Shown piece by piece: positions 1-12,850 of a stretch of DNA of 64,000 bases (within the stretch, counting starts at the first letter, position 1; each line of letters opens with the position of its first letter). The notes under the pieces were generated by a model that was given only the letters and a program-made list of their open reading frames with translations, was not told the DNA's origin and ran no database searches. Source of the stretch: Eledone cirrhosa (Eukaryota); NCBI GenBank assembly GCA_964016885.1, contig OZ024742.1, positions 198,772,001-198,836,000 on the forward strand, written 5' to 3'. The position numbers and the translations under genes were made by a program.

Positions 1-1185
1 AGCACTTAGCTATTCCAGCACCTTAGCCTTGCTATCACCTGACATTACTGAAGTATCAGGTGATACTTGCGACAGCACTTGGCTATTCCAGCACCTTAGC
101 CTTGCTATCACCTGACCTTACTGAAGTATGAGGTGATGCTTGTGACAGCACTTAGCTATTCCAGCACCTTAGCCTTGCTATTACCTGACCTTACTGAAGT
201 ATGAGGTGATGCTTGTGACAGCACTTAGCTATTCCAGCACCTTAGCCTTGCTATCACCTGACATTACTGAAGTATGAGGTGATGCTTGTGACAGCACTTA
301 GCTATTCCAGCACCTTAGCCTTGCTATCACCTGACATTACTGAAGTATCAGGTGATACTTGCGACAGCACTTGGCTATTCCAGCACCTTAGCCTTGCTAT
401 CACCTGACCTTACTGAAGTATGAGGTGATGCTTGTGACAGCACTTAGCTATTCCAGCACCTTAGCCTTGCTATCACCTGACATTACTGAAGTATCAGGTG
501 ATACTTGCGACAGCACTTGGCTATTCCAGCACCTTAGCCTTGCTATCACCTGACCTTACTGAAGTATGAGGTGATGCTTGTGACAGCACTTAGCTATTCC
601 AGCACCTTAGCCTTGCTATTACCTGACCTTACTGAAGTATGAGGTGATGCTTGTGACAGCACTTAGCTATTCCAGCACCTTAGCCTTGCTATCACCTGAC
701 ATTACTGAAGTATCAGGTGATACTTGCGACAGCACTTGGCTATTCCAGCACCTTAGCCTTGCTATCACCTGACCTTACTGAAGTATGAGGTGATGCTTGT
801 GACAGCACTTAGCTATTCCAGCACCTTAGCCTTGCTATTACCTGACCTTACTGAAGTATCAAGTGATGCTTTTGAGAGCACTTGGCTATTCCAGCACCTT
901 AGCCTTGCTATCACCTGACATTACTGAAGTATCAGGTGATACTTGCGACAGCACTTGGCTATTCCAGCACCTTAGCCTTGCTATCACCTGACATTACTGA
1001 AGTATCAGGTGATACTTGCGACAGCACTTGGCTATTCCAGCACCTTAGCCTTGCTATCACGTGATACTTGCGACAGCACTTAACTATTCCAGCAACTTAG
1101 CCTTGCTATTACCTGTCCTTACTGAAGTATGAGGTGATGCTTATGAGAGCACTTGGCTATTCCAGCACCTTAGTCTTACTATCAT
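1..1185. repeat. 73-bp tandem repeat array (~16 monomers visible; runs off the left edge)
   Basis: Unit AGCACTTAGCTATTCCAGCACCTTAGCCTTGCTATCACCTGACATTACTGAAGTATCAGGTGATACTTGCGAC recurs at 1, 74, 147 and onward, with two alternating variants. Internal inverted repeat TATCACCTGA...TCAGGTGATA. Confidence 0.97.
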
Positions 1186-1810
1186 TCATGGAAATACTGG
1201 GTGTGTCTTGACTTGGCTTAAAACTTTTTAGAAAGAAACACCTGTTGTAGTGTGTAATTCGATGGGCATGTCTTCTCCCGTTACTTTTTTTCTGAGTAAT
1301 TTCTACTAATTTTTCTTCTTTCACAAATGATAATTTTTGTATAAATCTCAATCAGTAACCTATACCATTCATATCCCAATGATACAAGCCTGGACAGTGT
1401 GGGAAAATACTCTCTGGCATGTAAAAACCTAACTTTGGGTTGATCCAAATCTTGTCAGTGAAAACTGGATAACGAGAAAATGTTTGGATGCCCGTTGAAT
1501 TGACTGTGTCTAATTCAAACAGTCAGAGTTGTCACATATTCTGTCATGCTTATTCTGCTAGAGGGTTATGATAAGAGTACAAGACAAGGATCTGTGGAAT
1601 ACTCAATCACTTACAGAATAATTTAACGAACAGGCATGTCAGTTGATCGAACAGCTGGAACACTCATCGTCGAATCTGACAGAGAATCCCTTTATTTATT
1701 CAGCAACAATAACAAAACACACATGTATATACATACATAACACAAAATGACCATATACACATATATACAAAGAATCTTATCTGAACTAGGCCTACTTAAA
1801 ATGCATGATA

Positions 1811-2937
1811 TTGGGTTGTTCAAAAATTAAGGCAGGTTTTATGTTTGTTTCAACCAAAGTGTGTAAAATTATATATCATTTTTTTGTTTTATTTTATGCT
1901 TTTTCTTTTAATATAAATTACATTTTTGTCAATTTTCAGATCTTTGAAGTTAAGGTGTCAAAACAGAATTTTCGTTCATACGGCTAGAAACACCAACAAA
2001 GTGTTAATGGTGCAACGTTAGTTTCAAAAATTCCGCCGTGGAGAATTTTCTTTTGAAGATAAAGGTTACAGACGTTCTTCTGCCATTAACAATTAATTAA
2101 AGGCTTTAGTAGAAGCAAATCCTCACACAACTGTTCAAGGGCTTGCAGGATTTCTAGATGTAAACATCAGGACTATTTCTGAACATTTGAACCGAATTGG
2201 AAAGTCAAAGAAGCTTGGTAAATGGGTGCTACACGAATTGAACGAAAACCAGATAATTTGTCGTTGTGTCTGCTCTTTACATTTCTTTTTTTTTTTTTTG
2301 CGCAACAAAAACAAGCCATTCCTTGATCGTATTGTGGCATATAATGAAAAAATAGATCGTAAATAACAACCGATGACATTCAGCAAAGTGGTTGGGCATA
2401 GATGAAGCTCTTAAACATTTCTCAAAACATAAGTTGCACTAGAAGAATGTTGTGGCGACTATTTGGTGGTCCACGGCCAGATTAATCAACTACAGCTTCC
2501 TGAATCATCTCGAAACAATTGCAGTATATTTTATTGTCCCGAAATCGATGAAATGCCTAAAAAATTGTTGCGTTGTTGTCCTGCATTGGTCGATAGAAAA
2601 AATCCGATTTTCTTGCATGACAGCGCACAATCAACGCTGCAGAAGTTGAACGAATTGGGCAACGAAACTCTGCCTCATCCAACATACACACCGGATCTTT
2701 TGACAACTTCTGGCAAAGAAAAGACTTCAACAAACAGTCGCAAAAAATCCCTTCGAAGAATTCATCGCCTCCAGAACATCAGTATTCTATGTTACAGGGA
2801 TAGATAAATGTGTGACTTGTTGGCAAAAATGTGTAAATTCTAATGGTTTTTATTTCGATTAATAAAGTTTGTTCTGGACTGAGATATGTCATTTTAAACT
2901 TAATGTTTAACAACGTGCACTAATTTCTGAACAACCT
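1811..2937 (+). mobile_element. Degenerate mariner (Tc1/mariner) DNA transposon
   Basis: Imperfect TIRs: TTGGGTTGTTCAAAAATTAAGGCA at 1811 and TGCACTAATTTCTGAACAACC at ~2916-2936. TA precedes the left TIR. Transposase remnants lie inside. Confidence 0.85.
1930..2830 (+). pseudogene. Mariner transposase pseudogene
   Basis: Fragments across frames: GKWVLHEL (WVPHEL motif), FLDRIV, TIWWS..LINYSFL, IFLHDSA (HDNA) and LPHPTYTPDL (YSPDL motif), broken by stops and frameshifts. Confidence 0.9.
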
Positions 2938-3336
2938 GGATTCTGAAAATATCATGGAATGGTCATAACTGGAACGGCTTTGATCATAGATCTGCTTGAT
3001 CAGAGAAGTGACCTGGGGCTAAACAACAACATATACTATATACAACACGAACTGTGTACAAGAACACACATCATACAAAGTGTTTATTATTTTTCAGCTA
3101 TAGTATGAGGGAAGTAGCTGTGCTGTCTCATTTACAAACGACACCTAGAAAAATTCGGTGAAATATGTGTCCGACCAAATAACTAAGAAACTGCCAACCG
3201 GTGACAGGAGACAATTGAAACAGGGTGATTTTTTTAGTAAGTGCTAGACGGAATGTAAACAATAAATTCGACCTTTTCCTATTTTCTCCATATCCGAAAG
3301 ATCGCCTATCTACCTACCTATAGATATATATATATT

Positions 3337-3480
3337 CTTTTACGGGTTTCAGTAATTAGACAGCGGCCATACTGGGACACCAGCTTGAAAGGATTTAGTC
3401 GATCATATCGATTCCAGTACTTATTTGTTTAAAGTCTGGTACTCTTTTGTCGAACCGGCCAGTTACAAGACATAAACAAA
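3337..3480. mobile_element. SINE-like interspersed repeat, family 1
   Basis: TTTTAC.GGTTTCAGT.ATTAGACAGCGGCCAT.CTGG..CACC motif shared with 23392-23540 and 30036-30105. It resembles a common Octopus SINE (from recall). Confidence 0.6.
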
Positions 3481-3526
3481 CAGTAAAAGTAAACACACAC
3501 AGACAGTCACATACATACGTCACACA

Positions 3527-3574
<48 letters not shown>

Positions 3575-4230
3575 AAACACTATTGAATACGTATATATAT
3601 ATATACACACACATATTCATGTGCTCGTAAGATACATACACGAAAGGGAGTCTCTACCCGGTCGTACGCCGGCTAGATATAGCAGTCAAACAAATCTTTC
3701 TCGAACCACACTGATTGACTTAACAAAGAACTCATTGAACTACATAGGTAGCCAAGACACAATATCTGAGAAAAAACGTTGGTCACCGTTGGGACATTCT
3801 TGATCATAAGGCGGTTCGATTATCATTTACCTGGACCTATAAACATTAAATACAACCTATATATATATATATATATATAACTATTTGATGACAAGAGGCT
3901 TAAAACCAATACTGATTAAAAATGAAACTTTCTGTACTGATCATAGATTATCAAAACTTTATCGAAAAATATACCAAAGAAAAGAATATTTTAAATATAC
4001 GTGTTTATATATGTATATTTAAATGTACATACATGTGTAATTATACAATATATATATTTATTTTTCTACACTAGAAGTTATTTTATCACGGAACCCTTGA
4101 ACGATCTTCCAAAAATCGTAGAACCTATACCTATATTTTTATTTTAAGGCAAATACACACCACCCGGAATTTAATCGGACATTAAACGAAACAAAAAGTT
4201 ATTTAAAAAGAAAACTTAAAATTTATTCAC

Positions 4231-4266
<36 letters not shown>

Positions 4267-4783
4267 TTTATAGACACCTTATTTCACAGAACCCTAAAGA
4301 TATTTGGAACCCACTTCCAGAAACACTTGGTTTATTAAACATATATATAAATATTATATATATAAATACGTGTATAGAAGACATATATACAGAGACACAC
4401 AGAAAGGGACAGTGTATGTGAATAAAGTTCTCCAACTTACCAGTGTCTGTTCATATCCAAAGTTATTACCACCACCTTCGGTCGCCATCTTAACAAGAAC
4501 ACTGACAGTCAATCTACACAATAATTAATCTACACACATTCCCTCACTATCTTTCTGTCTCTCTTTCTCTGACAACACACACGACACCTGGCCTTATACA
4601 TATACACCCACACACTCACACTCTCTCTCGCTCTCTTCACACACACATACGCACACAGAGATGTGCCTATGTACGTGTAGGATGTTTTCACTATCATAAA
4701 ATATTGGTGTATATGTGCGTGTTTGCATATGTGTGTATATTATATATATATAGTAATAATAATAAATTTGTATATATATATAT

Positions 4784-4814
<31 letters not shown>

Positions 4815-4881
4815 AATATAAATATATATAGAGAAAGTATGTATGTGTGTATATATATATATAATATAGTATATATATATA

Positions 4882-4913
<32 letters not shown>

Positions 4914-5509
4914 CGTTACTGGTGACGCAAGGAAGCAACCAAGTAAACAAATAGACGGTGTTGTTTTTGGTTTGTAAGAAGAACCGCTGATTTGCTTCTA
5001 CGACGATTTCCTCCGTTCTCTTCTACCTATAAACAACAACACGTTATTACTTTCACCACTATACTATATCATACGACAGTACGTGCTGCATCATACGACA
5101 AAATACTTTATTTTATACTACAGTGTACTCAGAACCGGGTTAAAATTGTGTAGTCTTCAACTCCACCCCATCTCTGCTCTACGGGTATTGTAGTTGTGAA
5201 CTTTTTTTAATTTTAGTGATTAGTCAGCAAAAGAAGGCAAGTGGTTGTGATCCTCTTTAGAGCCTCTAAAACTGATAGAAGGGAGCAAGGTATCTTCGAC
5301 TATGAGCCCTAGTACGAATTCTTGCCATTGAGTAGACTTTGCTAAAGGTACCCAAGTATCAGTTGTTGGTGTTAAACTGGACGACAGATTAAGTCCACCA
5401 CCTAAATAAGCTGCAATGAGATTTGAAATCAGAGCGCAAAGAGCTGGAACAAATACTGCAAGGCATCATCTTATCATAATCCCTAACAATATCACCAATC
5501 CACTGTCCC

Positions 5510-5655
5510 CGGACTGGTACTTTATTTTATTGGAACCCGAAAGGATATAAGGTAAAATACGTTGCAATGAGATTTGAACTAACAGCTTAGATAGCCGGAA
5601 CAAATATTGGAAGGTATTTTATCCTGCGCTCTAACGATTCTGCCAATTCACCGCA
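5510..5655 (-). mobile_element. SINE copy, family 2
   Basis: CTGGTACTTTATTTTAT...CCCGAAAGGAT...GATTTGAACT...TCTAACGATTCTGCCAATTCACCGC, homologous to the copies at 5982, 19772, 25200 and 25790. Confidence 0.65.
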
Positions 5656-5981
5656 TTCTAAGCCAATTTGCCGCTATATAAGTATAGTACAGTAAATATA
5701 GTTTCGTCAAACACATGGAGCTCCAGCGCCCATTGTTACGGCCTGTCATTGACTCAGCAGGTCTTCTCCCTCAACTTTTTTCTTCTTTCTTTTTTAAGTA
5801 CTGTGTATATCTGACATAGTCTTATTCAGTATATGTATAGGTTTAAGGCATTGGTGTTTGTTAGGGAGGCAGAGAGTAAGTGAAGAATTATTTCATTCGT
5901 GAATGTTGAATCAAAGTGTATATACCCAAAATTATCTATTTTGAAAAGAGTTCAATTAATATACGAGTTATATACATATAT

Positions 5982-6135
5982 ATAATTGTTTCTACTTTTG
6001 GCACAAGGCCAGCAATTACTGGTACTTTATTTTATCGACCCCGTAAGGATGAAAAGCAAAGTTAATGTCGGCGGGATTTGAACTCAGTCCGTAAAGGGAC
6101 GTAACTATGCTGCAAAGCATAGCGTCCGACCCTAT
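5982..6135 (-). mobile_element. SINE copy, family 2
   Basis: Near-identical reverse complement of 25985-26180 (ATCGACCCCGTAAGGATGAAA..CAAAGTTAA..TCGGCGGGATTTGAACTCAG). Confidence 0.75.
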
Positions 6136-6249
6136 ATAATGGTCGTAAATTGTATTCACAGTTGTATAAATAACATTACAAATTGTTCACAAGTCTTTCA
6201 GAATGAAAATATAAACATATACAACAATTAACTATTGCTAGGAACCTCA

Positions 6250-6405
6250 CAGGGCCGGATTTAGATTTGATGAGGCCCTAAGCTATTTGAGATAATGGGG
6301 CCCTTTATATATCCAGATGTCCTATGTCAGCGACAAATTGTCGCTGTTTTTTGTGTGGGGGCCCTAAGCTATAGCTTGTTTAGCTTATACGTAAATCCCA
6401 CTCTG
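6250..6405. mobile_element. hAT-type MITE remnant
   Basis: CAGGGCCGGATTTA...TAAATCCCACTCTG imperfect TIRs and GGGGCCC subterminal motifs. Same design as 24247-24551. No clean TSD. Confidence 0.55.
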
Positions 6406-7819
6406 CAAATATAACGCACCAAAACATACGATCAAAGCGAGAGAAGAAAAAAGGAAAACAAAAACGACCATCAATTCACCACCAAGTGTGACAATCGGCC
6501 GCACATAAGGGTCAACGGGAATTTTTGCTTGCAACATTACCACAGGTGATGGCGAGGCTAAGGCGCTGAAACAACCAGGCGCGCTTACGGGCGAGCCGCT
6601 AACGATGACAAGAACTTCGCTGTCAGCGGCCCACCTCTAACAAATGGTCTCTGACCCGACAGGCTGGAAAAAGAATATATATATATATATGGTCTCTTCC
6701 TATCCTCCTTGTTGAGGGTTAGGGAACATGGACAAATGCACCAATGCTCAACTATATCATACTATATGTCCAGAATTCTCACCAGGAAAAGACCCTGGAA
6801 CTAGCTGTTGAAACGGGAAGAGCTCAGGCCTGGCTATGTATATATATGTGGTGTCAGCTTACACTGGTTGTCGTGTTCTATGGCTAGACAGGTCAGGTGA
6901 CAATTTCTTGACATTCCGTTTTGGTTTGGGTTTCTACTTTTGGATGTCCTTAATGCAAACCACTGTACAGGGTGATTTTTTTGTCGTAGTATCAGCACTA
7001 ACACTTTACAGGATGGACTGGGTGTTTTTTTTTGTCATGGTACAAGCTCTAACACCTTACAGGTTGGACTGGGTTCTTTTTATCTTGAGGGCGGCGGTGT
7101 GTCCAGTGTTTAATGCTAGCATGGGTTGGACAGGGACGATATGAGTGGATATGAGTGGGAAGGGGAGCACATTATGGGAATTCATGTCTTTCCATGTTGA
7201 CACGATGGGTTGTTATGTAACTTATCGTAACTAGAGTGTTATGTAACATATAATTGGTTATTGGAAAGATTTGTTTTCCGTGTGTCTGAGTCTATTAAGT
7301 TGTGCTGCACTTTTTGATGTCTTTCATTGATTGAAAACGTACGTAAATGAGGTCCCTACATACATATATATATCTGTGTGTGTGAGTCCCGGGTTCAAGT
7401 GAAGTACTCAATACATTAGTAGAGTATATACTAAATTTATTTTAGAAGTGGCTTCTACAGGACTAGAACTATTTCATTCTAAAATTATATATATATGTGT
7501 GTGTGTGTGTGCCCCCTTAAAAACGAGATAGTCTTAGCTTGAATGCTCTTTGATTATATGTCAGTTCGATCAGTAATGATGTGGGCACATCAGTTTTATA
7601 TGGAGTTATTTCTCTTTATAAAGAGGTTTAAAATGTATTTATGGACTGACTCCTCTTGGAAAATATCTACCTAAATCATTTTAGGTATACACGTCACACA
7701 GTGGATGATGGCTGACTAACACTATCATGTTTGCTACCATTTCCTCCCTTTTATTTTTTTACTTTCCACTCTCTTTTATCTTCTTCTCACTCAATCATCT
7801 TCTCTTCTATCTTTCTCTA

Positions 7820-7856
7820 TCTTCTGATGAAGGACTAGCTTCCGAAACGTTATAAC
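7820..7856 (+). ncRNA. Minimal hammerhead-ribozyme-like core (possible Penelope-like terminal-repeat remnant), probably degenerate
   Basis: CTGATGA-A-GGA(ctagct)TCC-GAAAC-GTTA: core boxes, a short stem II and palindromic AACGTT stem III, inside a CT-rich tract. Stem I pairing is poor. Confidence 0.45.
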
Positions 7857-7944
7857 TCTTTTCCAACTATATCAATCATTAAACTAAAATACCATTATTG
7901 TATTTTAGAGTTCTCGTTCTTCTGTGTTGTTTTCCTCCTTGTTG

Positions 7945-7981
<37 letters not shown>

Positions 7982-8258
7982 GGAGGGTCATATTTGTGTA
8001 ATATTCCCAGAATTAATAACAGAACACACTCACTGTTTGGTTGGTTTTCGCTTCTGTGTCTTTTATATCGGTAATCTAATTTATTCGGTCCTCAATGTTG
8101 CCATTGACTGACCAACGGTCAAAAATATAATACAGATACAATATAGACACAAACACATATATATAGTTTATCAAAGTTCTTTCGTTGCACATCTGCAACA
8201 TCGTCAGTGGTGCTATAGATTCCTACCGTTGCATTGTATTTCTACGCCATCTCTATTT

Positions 8259-8359
<101 letters not shown>

Positions 8360-8720
8360 ATAATATTTTCGAATCAGCGAGCGAGTTTGAAATTATTATA
8401 AATGTAAGCTATCACCGTATTTTGACTAAAGAAATTAAAGAAATTATTTAGCCTGATAGTGGGGTTAAGCACCCTCGGAGAAATGGAAAAAGATGAGTAT
8501 TGAGGTACAGTCAATACTCATATATATATATATATACAAATGATGAATCAAAACATATCAAATATGTTTAGAATTTTGTGTTTCTCAATAAGTGAGCTCA
8601 ATAGATTTTACCTAGAGCCAGTGGCGTAACTAGCTTTTAAAGCGGGGGGGGGGGGATTCGATCTAAAGGGGGCCCACTAATTCCATACGCTCATTTCCAT
8701 CGGCTGCAAGGAAATATGTT

Positions 8721-9172
8721 TTTAGGAGATTAGTATCGGTGTACATATAACATAAAAAAGACAGTAAATACCGGTGTGTGTGTTATAATAATGTTTTTAC
8801 TTCATGGAAGTCAAAGGTATTAAATATTAAGGATTTGTTACCCGATGGTCATAACTCGAGGCTCAAGTTGGTAGAGAAAAGAGATCTTTTCTAGCTGGTA
8901 TTGACATCTTAGGCTCTCAGGCTGCAATTGCATTGTTCTTGGTAGCGAAGGATTATCAAGAAGGAATCATCAGAAGCTAAGGTCGCAGGTGTTACCACTT
9001 CAGAAATCAGGAAGCAAGAGCTAGATATCGTGGTAACCTGTTCCTTTTATAGGAGGTGAACGGAAGTGACCAACAGGGAGTCTGTCAATCCCAAAGGGAA
9101 GCAACTCCAGCTACTTCCTGTCTAGAGAGCGGTGATGAGATTGTCGTGACAAGGGAGGCAACTCTTGCTACA
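8721..9172 (-). repeat. 3' LTR of the Gypsy element (452 bp; TGTAG...CCTAAA)
   Basis: Direct repeat of 14130-14581. Preceded on the minus strand by the polypurine tract GGCGGGGGATAA (9173-9184). Confidence 0.96.
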
Positions 9173-9780
9173 TTATCCCCCGCCAGATTTTTAAAACATA
9201 AAAATCGAAAGAAGCATGCATGGAGTAAGATGGCGAGCATGTAAGAGGCATGAAAATTATGGTACAAAGTAATAAAAGTAAGAGAAGAGGTCAAAAGTTA
9301 AAATATCTAAAATACAGTTCACATGTGTGCAATCACATGACAGCAGTAAAGAATGTGTTCCAGAGAATGAATGCAGGTGGTTTCTGGTCTGTGGTATAAC
9401 ATGAAATTTCCAACTTCCGAAGGGAATTTCTCACAGGCAGAGTGCTGCAGAAATAAATTGTCTGGCTTGTTCTGCTGGTTTTAGTTGTTGATGAAGCTGT
9501 GTTGTTGTTGATGTTGTGAATGCGTTGACCTGGAAGGGTCAAGAGGCCAGTGACCAGAGAAATAAGCATTCTTAATAAATGCGCGGTTTTCAACGGCAAA
9601 TTTACGTGGTAAATTTATAAACCGGCAAATAGAAGAATATAGCTTAAAATGTTCGTTGTAAAGGAAACGAAAAACATATATATACATCCAGTGAAATGGT
9701 AATGAGAGGTACATTGTAATACAATAAATCAATAAATAACAAGAACAGCAAAAAAAAAATATAAGGCTCCAATGGCCAGT

Positions 9781-12700
9781 TCACATAAAAATAGTTTGGC
9801 AGAACTTTTTGGGCCAGTGGACTCTCCGACCGGAACGGGTCGTAGTCTTGTATGTAGGTGAAGGTGGGGCAGAAGGAGCAGGTGTATGCACAAGAGAGAT
9901 TGTCTCTATGAACCCCTTAACGTCTACAGTGAAATGTTTGTCAGTGCGTGCTAACATACGGTAGGGTCCAGAGTATGGTTGTGTGAGGGGTGGTCTCACA
10001 GCATCGTTCCTTACGAACACATGGGTCCACGAGGCAATGTCCCTCGGGACCGCAGGTTTTACAGTTTGCTTCCTCGTATCCATCGGCGGCAGGTCCTGAA
10101 AATAAGAACGCAGACGGGATACGTAGGAAAGCGGATCTTGGAAAGCAAGATCAACCGGGGCGAGCATTTGCCAAGGCAACGCTAGAGGAGCACTGTAAAT
10201 TAATTCGGCCGGGGAGAACCCAAGGTCCTCCTTTATTGATGACCGAATTCCTAATAACACAATAGGAAGGTACTCGCTCCAACGTTGAGAGTCTGGATAG
10301 GCGCGAAGAGCGGCCTTTAATTGGCGGTGGAATCGTTCCCCCATTCCATTTGAAGCAGGATGATAGGCTGTGGTCCGAATCCGTTGAGCTCCAATTATTT
10401 TTGTGAGCTCAGAGAATAGATGAGACTCGAATTGTCTACCACGGTCTGTGGTGAGTGTAGTTGGTACCCCAAAGCGGGTAATCCACCCTGATACCAGGGC
10501 ACGTGCTACAGTCTCAGCAGTCATGTCTTGTAAAGGGATGGCTTCAGGCCACCTTGAAAAACGATCGACACACGTCAATATGTAAGAATATCCACTGCTG
10601 AATGGCCAAGGTCCAACGATGTCAATGTGGATGTGTTGGAACCGAGCATCTGGAGTACTGAAAGTACCAAGTGGAGTCCGGATGTGTCTATGGATCTTCG
10701 ATTTCTGGCAAGTGATACAGGAACGGCACCAAGCAGCAATGTCGCGCCTCATATTTGGCCAGAAGAATCTGGCTGTTATGAGTTTAACTGTGGCAGCAGA
10801 TCCTGGATGAGAAATGTTGTGCAAAGCCAGGAACACAATTCGACGGTGAGTCTCAGGAACAAGTGGTCGCGGTGCATCAGTAGATACATCACATAGAAGC
10901 TGCCTGTCGGTGGTGGACAAGGGCAGATATTTGAAAATGCAAGTCGCAAATTCAGTAGAAAGAGTGTCCAATGATTGGAGTGCAGGTTGGTCTGCAGCTA
11001 AACGACCTAAGTCGATCTCCTGGGATGACGAGATGGAGCTAGTTGGCAAACGTGACAATGCGTCTGCAACTATGTTGTGCGAGCCGGCAATGTGCTGGAT
11101 ATCGTTTGTAAATTGTGAAACGTAGTCCAGGTGCCTTGTCTCTCTGGGCGAATATCTGTCGGCTTTGGCCCTCAAAGCGAAGGTCAACGGCTTGTGGTCG
11201 GTAAAAACCGTAAAATTTCTCCCCTCAAGAATATGAGAGAAATGTTTCACCGACAGATATATGGCTAATAATTCCCGCCCAAACGTGCTATAACGCGTTT
11301 CTGCTGGTTTCAACTTCCTCGAGAAAAATGCCAAAGGTTGTTGGTTTTCAGCGTAAGACTGCTGTAAAACTGCTCCCACAGCGGTATCAGATGCATCAAC
11401 ACAAAGCGAAAGCTTGGCCTCTGGTACCGGGTGGGCTAGCAAAGAAGAACTAGCGAGTGCTGTCTTGGCAGACTGGAAGTCCTGAAGCTGTCCTTGTGTC
11501 AAGTAAATGTCTTCATTCTTCTTACGACGATTTTTTAAAATGTCAGTAAGGGAAGATAGCCAATTAGCACAATGAGGAATGAAACGCCTATAGAAATTGA
11601 TTAGGTCTAAGAAGTGACGCAACTGGTGAAGTGTAGTAGGCGGAGGTAACTCCTGTATGGCTTGAACTCGCTGAGGGAGCGGCCTAATACCTTCGGCGTC
11701 GATGAGGTGGCCTAAAAATGTAGGGAAGTGGAACCGAAAACACACTTTGCAGGATTCACGCAAACGCGGTAATCCTGAAGTCGCCGAAGTAAGAGAAGCA
11801 TGTGGCGCATATGCTCTTCCGGAGAGGAACTAGCGACGAGAATATCGTCTATGTAAGCATAAACGAAGTCCAGACCACGCGTGACCTCGTCTATGAACCG
11901 CTGAAAAGTGCTAACGGCGTTCCTGAGTCCGAAAGGCATGGTAAAAAATTCGAATGATCCGAAAGGGGTTATAATCGCCGTTTTCGGAATATCCTCCTTC
12001 CTGACCGGAATTTGGTGGTAGGCTCGCACTAAATTTAACTTAGAAAAAGTCTTACACCCCTGCAGTGAAGATGCAAAATCGTGGAGATGGGGAATGGGAT
12101 ACCTATCCGGGACGGTCATGGCATTTAACCTCCTATAATCCCCAGTGGGTCTCCAGTCGCCGGAAGTCTTGGGCACCATGTGTAACGGTGAAGCCCAATG
12201 ACTCGTAGATGGGCGAATAATGCCCAGCTGCAGCATATGGTCGAACTCGGACCGTGCTGCCTTTAATTTTTCCGTCGGTAAGCGGCGTGGACGCGAAAAC
12301 ACTGGAGCACCGGTGGTGGAAACGAAATGTTCGGTCGAGTGTGTTGGGTCAGTGACTCGAAAATTTCCATCCGTGAGCTCCGGGAAAGAACCCAGCAACG
12401 AATGGTAGGCGTCTCCAGCGGCAGCGATGAAGAATATGGGGCTGACTATTGGAGCATTGGCTTCCTGGCCATGAATTGAAAAGCCGGTGATGTTATCCAC
12501 CAGGCGTTGGCCACGGACGTCCACAGTTAAGGAGAAGTTGTGGAGAAAATCCGCTCCTAAGATGGGGTATGGCAAATCGGCAACCGTAAAAATCCACTTA
12601 AAATCCCTTCGAAGATTTAGGAATTTAAGAGGGAGCGAGATTTGCCCGTACGTCTTTATAGACGAGTGGTTAACTGCCTGCAGCGTAACAGATGACTCTA

Positions 12701-12850
12701 TGGGGGTATCTTTCAGGCAATGGACCGGCCAAATACTACAGGAGGCTCCTGTATCCACGAGGAAACCTCTTCCGGACATTAGGTCCTTAATGAAGAAATG
12801 GCGGTTTGGTGGCTTTATGTTGAGGTCAACTGTCCCCATCAGCGGACCTC
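9781..12850 (-). pseudogene. pol: Gypsy pol (protease, RT, RNase H, integrase) split by one apparent 1-bp deletion near 11720-11735
   Basis: ORF 11712-12839 has FLVDTGA, PFGL and YIDD. ORF 9781-11763 has DAS/RELLA/TDHKPL/ADALSR, HHCC zinc finger and integrase D-D-E. The junction reads STSL/TFLGH. SKLNL replaces the usual SKLDL catalytic Asp. Confidence 0.92.

Noticed and set aside
1-1185. Repeat-coding exon or CRISPR
   Set aside because: The 73-bp unit is not a multiple of 3, has frequent stops and has no spacers.
3395-4950. ORFs rich in YI/HT/CV repeats (also 8185-8451, 22844-23029, 26246-26593)
   Set aside because: They are translations of microsatellites or low-complexity tracts.
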